From IMG/VR virus record IMGVR_UViG_3300010376_000036, positions 4,018 to 68,017 of that record: DNA of 64,000 nt. One strand, written 5' to 3'. Of this stretch, positions 56,955 through 64,000 are shown piece after piece. The notes under the pieces were generated by a model that saw only the letters and a list, made by a program, of their open reading frames with translations, was not told the origin of the DNA and did no database searches. Both the position numbers and the translations under genes were made by a program. Origin of the DNA: a virus. Position 1 is the stretch's first letter; every line of letters starts with the position of its first letter.

Positions 56955-58784
56955 ATGGGCGCGCAACAGCTGCAATTCTCGGTCGATGGCCAGTACGTTG
57001 GCGGCGTTGACAGCTTGCTGTATCCCACCGATCTCCAGCCCGGAACCTATGCCTGGGGCGTAAACATTTCGAATCGCGGCGGGGTGGTCCAGACCCGACC
57101 CGGTAAACGGCGCCTGCAGAGTTTCTGCGGCCGCAAAGCCCAAGGCAATTTCTGGGCGCGCACCATGGATGATCGCAACTATAAGCTGATTGCTATCGAT
57201 GGGTTGATCTACTGGAGTATCTTTCCATTCAAGGTTTGGACCCAGTTGCCTAAGGTTGTCTTCAGACCGGACGTGGACTGGATCTGGTTCGCTAACACGA
57301 TCCAAGCGATCCAATACGATGCGTCCAATGCCATCACCGTATTACCCCAGCCACGTAACGTGGTCATCATGCAGGACGGGTACAGCAAGCCCTGCTACTG
57401 GCAATTAGACGATTTCACGAGCGGCGTCATCGATGTCAACTACGTCACCGGTACCCCGAGAGCGCCGATCCCGATTGGGACAGCGATGATTTGGCAGGAT
57501 AACCGCTTATGGTTATCCCAAGGGGATCTGGTGTTTGCCAGTGATCTCCTCTACGGTGCCAGCTTCCAGGAGAACACCTATTTGGCCGAGCAGACCGGGT
57601 TCCGGTTCCCGCGCGGCGTTGAGAACCTGATTCCCGCGCCAGTCCAGGGACTCCTGGTTGCTACCAATAGCTCATTGCACACGCTGGAGTCCTTCATTCA
57701 GGATCGGACCCAATGGCAGCAGACCCCAGGGTTCCAATCGGATGTCAGCCTGGAGGTTGGGATCATTGCGCCGTGGGCCTGGACCTATCTCCATGGGATG
57801 CTCTGGCTTTTTACCGCACGTGGCGTCATTTCCTACGACCGAGCCCTGACCCAGAACCTCTCGACTCTCATCCTGACTGCAGATGGCGAGATGCAGCGTT
57901 CGAAGTTCCTGATGAACGCCAACATGAATCGGCTCTGTATGGGGCATTGGGAGAATATCCTGATGGTGAGTGTGCCGGCCAGCTGCGTGGATAACCGGCA
58001 TACCTGGATCATGGATGGTGGGGTCGCCGAAAAGCTCAATAATCAAGCCGGGATCTGCTGGGTCGGGATCTGGACCGGTAGCTACCCGGTGCAATACACC
58101 TCGCCCATCGTCAACGGGACCCAGCACAATTACGAGCTAGCGTACTCGGCGGGATTCCTGGCGCTCAATGCCGGCGAGAGCCCCAGTCCGCAACTGGAGA
58201 GCGATCTACCACTGCAAAGCAACATCCACCTCTGGGAAAATTTCATACCGAATCAGCTTGATGACGTCGAGACCGAGGTCAACTGCAGCTTCGAGACGCG
58301 CGCGTTTCTGCTCCAGACCGATGATTATTACCGGTTCGTGTTCGCGGAAATCATGATCACGGGTCTCAAAGGCGTTGTCCCAATTCAGGTTTACGTCACG
58401 GGATTAGCGGGCAACTATCAGTTGCTTTTCAGTACCGTCTTGCGAGCCGATATCGGACCGTTCGGCAACCCGGTCAAAGGCACCATCTATTACGTCTCGA
58501 AAAATGGCACCACGCAGCTCGAGAACTTCCGGCGCCAGTGTAGACATCTGCGTACTCGGGAATGGGTGGTCAACGAGAGTCCTACCGATGGTGCAGCCTG
58601 TGTCGAGATCGGGAGAATGGACGGAGTCGATAAAGCGTTTCAGTTGATGATCCAATGGCAAGGCAGACTGGGGGTGCGAATGATCAAATTCTTTTACGAC
58701 CGTCAACTGCAGGCTGGGCAGGGCAGTTGTGCCGTTGACGAATCAGCTACTCCGCACATCGCATTGGAGGCACCTAACGCATGA
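56955..58784 (+). CDS. Tail nozzle/tubular B-like beta-propeller protein
   Basis: NISNRGGVVQTRPG start, NRLW..ASDL, beta-rich 609 aa. Confidence 0.65.
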   Translation: MGAQQLQFSVDGQYVGGVDSLLYPTDLQPGTYAWGVNISNRGGVVQTRPGKRRLQSFCGRKAQGNFWARTMDDRNYKLIAIDGLIYWSIFPFKVWTQLPKVVFRPDVDWIWFANTIQAIQYDASNAITVLPQPRNVVIMQDGYSKPCYWQLDDFTSGVIDVNYVTGTPRAPIPIGTAMIWQDNRLWLSQGDLVFASDLLYGASFQENTYLAEQTGFRFPRGVENLIPAPVQGLLVATNSSLHTLESFIQDRTQWQQTPGFQSDVSLEVGIIAPWAWTYLHGMLWLFTARGVISYDRALTQNLSTLILTADGEMQRSKFLMNANMNRLCMGHWENILMVSVPASCVDNRHTWIMDGGVAEKLNNQAGICWVGIWTGSYPVQYTSPIVNGTQHNYELAYSAGFLALNAGESPSPQLESDLPLQSNIHLWENFIPNQLDDVETEVNCSFETRAFLLQTDDYYRFVFAEIMITGLKGVVPIQVYVTGLAGNYQLLFSTVLRADIGPFGNPVKGTIYYVSKNGTTQLENFRRQCRHLRTREWVVNESPTDGAACVEIGRMDGVDKAFQLMIQWQGRLGVRMIKFFYDRQLQAGQGSCAVDESATPHIALEAPNA

Positions 58785-58972
58785 GTAACGGCACCACCCC
58801 GCCCCAGACGCCTGTACCCGTGTTTCTGATTCCGCAGACCGGGATGCCCCCGATCTATCATCCCAGGAGCAAAGAACTGATCTATGACGCGCTGCAACTG
58901 AATGTTCGGTTCGTTAAAAACCCGTTCGGCCCGCAGCTCTTAGCCCTTAGTCGCCCTAACCACCGCTGGTAA
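58781..58972 (+). CDS. Hypothetical protein
   Basis: 63 aa, coupled. Confidence 0.5.
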   Translation: MSNGTTPPQTPVPVFLIPQTGMPPIYHPRSKELIYDALQLNVRFVKNPFGPQLLALSRPNHRW

Positions 58973-58975
58973 AAC

Positions 58976-60283
58976 ATGTCAGTTCAGCAACAAGTCCCCT
59001 TAAAGATCTCAATAGCGCCGTTCCCGGAAGGATTTGAGGGCGACGCAGACGAATACGGCCAGCAACTGGTCCAGCTGATGGAAGCCTACATCGAGGGCAA
59101 CTTCCTGACCGGGCTGATCCTGCCGGCCGGTTCCACGCTCCCGACGACTGACCAGGGGCCGATTGCCATGGGCGGGAGCTGGTACTTCTTTGATCCGGTT
59201 AGCGGCACCTATCAGCCCCAATCGATCTCAGCTAAGGTGGCACGCAATTATGCCAAGAACGCCACCTACCAGATCGCGCAGCTGCCAGCCATGGCGTCTT
59301 CTTTCACGGTGCCGTTGGGTGACACCAACACCTATGACATGGTGGTGACCCGAGCGACGATTGCCAGCGTGTTGGCTATCGCAGCTGATACCGGGCCGCC
59401 AGCCAGCGGTGACACCGACAACTGCCTTTCCGCCATCAAATACACGGTAGGTCCAACCTTGGTCCCGACATTGGCAGCGACTGACCGGTTCATCCACGAG
59501 CACCTGATCGAGGGCTCTGATATCGTCATGCTTCAGGGTGAAACGCTCACCCTGGCCTTCAGCGTTTTTACCAATGTCCCCGGTACTTACTCGGTTTATT
59601 TGACCACAGGCGCGCGCGATGCTTCTTACGTCGCCAATTTCACTGTGCAAGCTGCCAATGTCTGGCAACGGGTGAGAATCACCGGTATCCCGGCCTTACC
59701 TGTGAGCACCCTTGGCACCTGGAGCTTTGGCGAGGGCACGACCGGGCTGCGCATCGGGGTGGTATTCGCCATCGGTAGCAATTCCCAGACTGCGACCACT
59801 AATCTCAATAAATGGATTTCAGGCGGTTTCTGCGGCACGGCTAACAATTCCAATCTGTGTACCGTAATTAACAACCAGTTCAAGATTTCGGCGATCAAGC
59901 TGGAGGCGAGCCCAACCGCTACTTACTGCACGGTTAACTCGTTCGAGCAGGATCTGCACGATGCCATCCGGTACTACTGGACCAATTTCACTTATCAGCT
60001 GGTCAATGCGGGAACGGCAACCCAAGCAGTGGCCAACGTAGCCAACAATGTACTCTTCACCCAGCTGTTTCCGCGCCGGATGTGTAAGGTGCCGACCGTC
60101 GTGCCCTACGGGTTCACTTCGTACGCTGCCGGCAAAGTCACCAATTTCAGCACCGCCACCGATTACACGGTAGCCACCATCGGCGCGACCCAGAAAGGCG
60201 TGACCGGCCAACCAACGGGGCTAACGGCAGCCAAAGGAGACGTATTCGCAGCTTACCTCAAAGCCGATGCAACGCTCACTTAA
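58976..60283 (+). CDS. Tail fibre/spike protein, distant paralog of 33661 and 34915
   Basis: HLIEG..., ANVWQRV, AIRYYW pattern shared with those proteins. Confidence 0.65.
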   Translation: MSVQQQVPLKISIAPFPEGFEGDADEYGQQLVQLMEAYIEGNFLTGLILPAGSTLPTTDQGPIAMGGSWYFFDPVSGTYQPQSISAKVARNYAKNATYQIAQLPAMASSFTVPLGDTNTYDMVVTRATIASVLAIAADTGPPASGDTDNCLSAIKYTVGPTLVPTLAATDRFIHEHLIEGSDIVMLQGETLTLAFSVFTNVPGTYSVYLTTGARDASYVANFTVQAANVWQRVRITGIPALPVSTLGTWSFGEGTTGLRIGVVFAIGSNSQTATTNLNKWISGGFCGTANNSNLCTVINNQFKISAIKLEASPTATYCTVNSFEQDLHDAIRYYWTNFTYQLVNAGTATQAVANVANNVLFTQLFPRRMCKVPTVVPYGFTSYAAGKVTNFSTATDYTVATIGATQKGVTGQPTGLTAAKGDVFAAYLKADATLT

Positions 60284-60680
60284 AGAACCGGACGAGAGCG
60301 ACATCTCGTTGCTTCCCATCGAGAACGAACGCCGCATCCACGAGTTCGGGATCGACCTGATGTCCCAGCAGCTGCTGGGTAGCCCGGTCAGTCGCCAGTT
60401 CCCGATCTATCTAGTGCTGCATAAAGGCAGACCGGTCGGCTTTTTCCAAGCGCTCCAGCAGACGGTCATCTATCCAGCGATTAACCCGGAGATGATCAGC
60501 CCGCGTCAGTTCGTTAAGGTGGTGAAATTTTTAGCAACCGAAGTGAAGCGCCAAGTTGGTGACCCGCTGTTTTTACTCTGTCCCAAAGCAACCGAGATCG
60601 GACCGAAAGGCATGCGTATGATGCGCCTCAAGAAAGCACCTGAAGAAGCCTATATCTATAGCGAAGAGGAGGAGGACTAA
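60267..60680 (+). CDS. Hypothetical protein preceding the ejection-protein gene
   Basis: 137 aa. Confidence 0.6.
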   Translation: MQRSLKEPDESDISLLPIENERRIHEFGIDLMSQQLLGSPVSRQFPIYLVLHKGRPVGFFQALQQTVIYPAINPEMISPRQFVKVVKFLATEVKRQVGDPLFLLCPKATEIGPKGMRMMRLKKAPEEAYIYSEEEED

Positions 60681-60684
60681 ATTT

Positions 60685-62352
60685 ATGCCTAGTGGTGGCG
60701 GTGGCGGCGGTGCAGCTCAATTCAAGGCGCAGGGGGCACCTCCGGGGTTCGATTACCAGACAGCGATGGGTCTCAACCAGATGGCCATCGGGGCCGATAT
60801 CTCGTCCTACGCTTTAAGCGACATCGATTTTGCTAATCGGTACCCGGCATTACAAAACGCCTATAACCAGTACCAAGCGATGTTAAACCAGCAGGTGCCA
60901 GGGGTGGCCGGCGGCGCGGCTGGCACCGGTCAGATCATGCAAGGGCTGGGGGGCAACATCCTGGGTCGCCTCGGCACCGATACCACCTCTGACATTAACG
61001 CTCTGCGGGGTCAGGCCGGCACGGTCGCCAGCGCCGCGCAACCGCTGTTCAACATCGGGGCAACCCAGACCGGGATGGCGCAACCGATCTACAACCTGGG
61101 GCAGGCCCAGGCCGGCTACGCGCAACCCATTGCGCAGCTGGGTGCGCAACAGGCGGGTTTAGCTCAACCGCTGATTAACCTGGGTGGCCGGATCAGCGGC
61201 ATCGGTGGCCAGATCAACCGGATGGGTGGACAGATGGCCGGCATGGCGGCAACGCCGTACGCGATGGGGCAACAGCTTTTGCAGGAACCCATCGATCCGC
61301 AGACCCAGCAACAAATGATGCGAGCCGGCCTGGGGAGCGCAGCCGGGGCATTGGGCGCAGCGTCTCTTGGGCAAGGGATGGCGGGACAGGCGGCGGCTGC
61401 GAGACAACTTGGACTCAATACGCTTCAATACGGGCAAGCCATGCGCGGTGAAGCGATGCAGGATATCGGGCAAGCTGCCTCGATTCTTGGACAAGCCGGC
61501 CAGTTACGCGGGTTAGGTGGGCAGACCATGGGGCTCGGGGGCCAGACCATGGGACTGGGCGGCCAGCAATTAACCGCTGGCGGACAGTTGTATGGCCTGG
61601 GTGCAGGCCAGTTGGGAGCCGGGGCGCAGACCATGGGGCTGGGCAGCAATGTCCTGGGCCAAGGCGCCCAGAGCTACGGGCTTGGGGTTAATGCAGCCGC
61701 GCAAGCTGGCGGCCTCTACGGCAGCGCTCAGAACATGCAGGAACAGATGGGCATGAACACCGCCCAGATGGCTGCGATCTATGGCGGACTTCAGCAACAG
61801 CAAGCTAACCAGTTTATGGCTAACATGGGGCAAGCCTATAACATGTTCCAGAAACGGCCCTTCGGGTTAGGCGGCACTAACCTCGCGCAAGCCGAGCTCG
61901 GCCAAGCGGGTTCTTATAACTCTTTCCAGCAGGCCAACTACGCGACGATGAACGGTATAGCCTTTAACCAAGCACAGATGGCGGCTCAGCAACAACAGCT
62001 CCAAGCCCAACAGAGCGCCGGGATGATGTCAGCCGGGGTCGGGGCAGCAGGCGCTGTGGCACAGGCGGCGTCGGCGGCAGCAGCCATAACATGCTGGGTG
62101 GCGCGAGCTTGCTATGGGATAGATGATCCACGCTGGCTCTATTTCCGAAGCTGGCTGTTCTCGAAGCGGTGCCCATGGCTGTTGCGGAAACTGTACCTGA
62201 GATTCGGAGAACGTCTAGCAGAAAAACTTCTCAACGGTAAGAATGAAGGCTTGAGGCGATTGATCAAGAGAGCTATGGATCGAGTCATCTATGACCGCTG
62301 CTTTATCGCTAACGCCTTCGGAGCTCGTCCGTTTCAATTCGTTCTTGGATAA
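60685..62352 (+). CDS. Gly/Gln/Ala/Met-rich internal virion (ejection) protein candidate
   Basis: GGQTMGL heptad repeats; C-terminal CWVARACYG...W..FR.W....LY...GE domain. Confidence 0.7.
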   Translation: MPSGGGGGGAAQFKAQGAPPGFDYQTAMGLNQMAIGADISSYALSDIDFANRYPALQNAYNQYQAMLNQQVPGVAGGAAGTGQIMQGLGGNILGRLGTDTTSDINALRGQAGTVASAAQPLFNIGATQTGMAQPIYNLGQAQAGYAQPIAQLGAQQAGLAQPLINLGGRISGIGGQINRMGGQMAGMAATPYAMGQQLLQEPIDPQTQQQMMRAGLGSAAGALGAASLGQGMAGQAAAARQLGLNTLQYGQAMRGEAMQDIGQAASILGQAGQLRGLGGQTMGLGGQTMGLGGQQLTAGGQLYGLGAGQLGAGAQTMGLGSNVLGQGAQSYGLGVNAAAQAGGLYGSAQNMQEQMGMNTAQMAAIYGGLQQQQANQFMANMGQAYNMFQKRPFGLGGTNLAQAELGQAGSYNSFQQANYATMNGIAFNQAQMAAQQQQLQAQQSAGMMSAGVGAAGAVAQAASAAAAITCWVARACYGIDDPRWLYFRSWLFSKRCPWLLRKLYLRFGERLAEKLLNGKNEGLRRLIKRAMDRVIYDRCFIANAFGARPFQFVLG

Positions 62353-62830
62353 AAACGATGCTGTATATCCTCAATGCTGGGTCTGGACTGGCGCGAAAAA
62401 TCGGGGCTACGGAATTTTCCAAGCTACGACGCTCCAGCCAAGAACCAGACGGGCTAATAGGCTGGCATATCAATTGTGGGTCGGACCTATTCCGAAGGGT
62501 CTCCAAGTTCAGCACAAATGCGATAACCCTGCTTGCTGCAATCCCCAGCATTTATTCCTTGGCACCGCAGCTCAGAACTCGCGTCAGATGGTCGGACTTG
62601 GTCGCGCGGCCACAGGCATCAAGCACGGCATGGCAAAGCTCACGGCTCAACAGGTTAGCGACATTCGCGTTTTCTGCACGCAGGGACTCCAGTACCGTGC
62701 TATCGCAGCGCGCTTCGGTATCAGCGAGAGCCATGTTCGCAACATCGACAGGCGAAGGAGGCGGCTAAAAGATGGCAACCCCTTCAATAACCCGCAAAGA
62801 ACTTCGCGAGGCAACCGTGCAAACGGTTAA
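62291..62830 (+). CDS. HNH homing endonuclease
   Basis: CWVWTGA...GYG...ANRLAY...GPIPKGLQVQHKCDNPACCNPQHLFLGT..QN; C-terminal HTH. Confidence 0.88.
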   Translation: MTAALSLTPSELVRFNSFLDKNDAVYPQCWVWTGAKNRGYGIFQATTLQPRTRRANRLAYQLWVGPIPKGLQVQHKCDNPACCNPQHLFLGTAAQNSRQMVGLGRAATGIKHGMAKLTAQQVSDIRVFCTQGLQYRAIAARFGISESHVRNIDRRRRRLKDGNPFNNPQRTSRGNRANG

Positions 62831-64000
62831 CGCGGTGTCGCGCAAAGAGCTGCTTAATGATTTCGGCATCTCGCGAGTGGCCGATCTGACCGGGTTGGAT
62901 GCGGTCCGGCTACCTTGCCACACCTGTGTCCGTGCGCTTTCGGAAACGGTCTCGATTCATTCCGGGAAAGGACTCGAGCCCGCCTATTCGCGGTGCGGCG
63001 CGATCATGGAAGCCATCGAATTCCATGCGGGGGAACACCCCACCGGACCTTTCCGGATCAACAGAGCCATTGAGTTACCAGAGGAAGAACGTTTGCCGCT
63101 CGAGGACTGTTTCCCGAGCCGTTCAACGATCCTTAACGAGCTTACCCCGATTGCTTGGGAAGAAGCTATCAACGTGCAGAACGGGGCACCGAAACTGGTG
63201 CCGAGCGATCTGCTCTGGCTGGTGACCAGAATTAAGAGCCAGCCGCTGATGTACGTCCAGATGGGTTCGAACGGGATAGCGAGCGGAGGAACCGTCGAAG
63301 ACGCGATTCTTTCAGGTTTGTACGAATGCATCGAACGGGATGCTTGGACGTTGAACCAATACCTCTTGGATAGCGGCATGCTCTTAACCCGAACGCCCTT
63401 GACTAGCGTCCCGGAGAAGATCGAGGCTTGTATCCGCAAGATCGAAGCCGCCGAGCTGCGGTTGCACCTCTTCGATATCACCACCGATTACCGGGTGCCC
63501 GTCTTTAACGCTCTCATTTTAGATCTAAGCGGGCGCTGTGCTGGCACCTTTGGCGGCTACGGTTGCCACTTAAATGCCGAGGTCGCCGCGATCCGTGCCA
63601 TTACCGAAGCCGCGCAAGCGCGCTGTTGCTATATCTCGGGCGCTCGCGATGATCTGTTTCGCCGGCAATTCCTGCTCATGAAACGGATGGATCAGGCCAA
63701 GCTCGATAAGATGTTTAACGAGTTACCTGTCGGCTCGATGCTCAGCGATTATCGGACTGTTTCGTTTCCCGATGTACGAAGCGAGCTGCGCTATTTGCTC
63801 AAGCTGGTTAAAGGGATTGGGATCTCGGAGGTCTTCGTCAAGGAAATGGGTTCGTACGTGAACGGTGCCGTCCACGTGGTCCGCGTCTTTTCTCCGCAAC
63901 TGGAACCCTTCCGGTTCGATCATTGGCAAGCCGGGCTGCGGTGTCTGTCCTATGCCCGCCGCTACCTGGAAAAGCTGGGAGACGGCAAAGGCAAAACAGC
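62772..64000 (+). CDS. ycaO: YcaO-family enzyme (TfuA-associated/thioamide type), 3'-truncated by the window
   Basis: Manual translation from ATG 62772: GISRVADLTGLD...HSGKG...MEAIE...SNGIASG...GLYECIERDAW...GYGCHLN...RAITEAAQAR...SGARDD. No stop codon before the window end. Confidence 0.9.
   Translation, partial: MATPSITRKELREATVQTVNAVSRKELLNDFGISRVADLTGLDAVRLPCHTCVRALSETVSIHSGKGLEPAYSRCGAIMEAIEFHAGEHPTGPFRINRAIELPEEERLPLEDCFPSRSTILNELTPIAWEEAINVQNGAPKLVPSDLLWLVTRIKSQPLMYVQMGSNGIASGGTVEDAILSGLYECIERDAWTLNQYLLDSGMLLTRTPLTSVPEKIEACIRKIEAAELRLHLFDITTDYRVPVFNALILDLSGRCAGTFGGYGCHLNAEVAAIRAITEAAQARCCYISGARDDLFRRQFLLMKRMDQAKLDKMFNELPVGSMLSDYRTVSFPDVRSELRYLLKLVKGIGISEVFVKEMGSYVNGAVHVVRVFSPQLEPFRFDHWQAGLRCLSYARRYLEKLGDGKGKT

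Noticed and set aside
62899-63929. ORF-track calls 62899-63225, 62984-63484 and 63723-63929
   Set aside because: Shadow ORFs of the YcaO frame starting at 62772.
1-64000. Integrase, att sites, tRNA or rRNA genes, DNA polymerase
   Set aside because: None recognised by eye, so lifestyle cannot be determined from this window. A tRNA scan would be needed to exclude tRNAs.

Overview
The window is almost certainly part of a tailed dsDNA phage or prophage genome with podovirus-like head and tail genes. Small PF(R/K)PF-family proteins hint at a PVC-group host (inference). About 0.7-22 kb (minus strand) holds early, replication and recombination genes: ParB-like, DnaC-like ATPase, stand-alone RNAP alpha-CTD, VRR-NUC, SF2 helicase, RecT and HNH. 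About 22-27.7 kb holds mostly plus-strand small genes. About 28-39 kb (minus strand) holds lysis and collagen/fibre genes. About 41.7-64 kb (plus strand) holds terminase, portal, scaffold, a glycosyl/methyltransferase cluster, major capsid, tail and ejection proteins. The stand-out feature is a roughly 35-unit array at 17312-18614. Each unit is about 36-37 bp, with two alternating conserved repeats separating two variable spacers of about 9 nt. It starts at the base after the stop codon of a 272-aa Nop/IS110-C-terminal-like protein with no nuclease domain, which is the architecture of a TIGR-Tas (TasA-type) RNA-guided system. Other notable items: a YcaO enzyme missing from the ORF track (62772 to window end) inside the virion module, a three-copy 58-bp dispersed element, a family of TTGAGT-N17 promoters carrying a GTACC-N4-GGTAC operator, and several unannotated membrane micropeptides. 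All calls come from reading motifs by eye; no searches were run.
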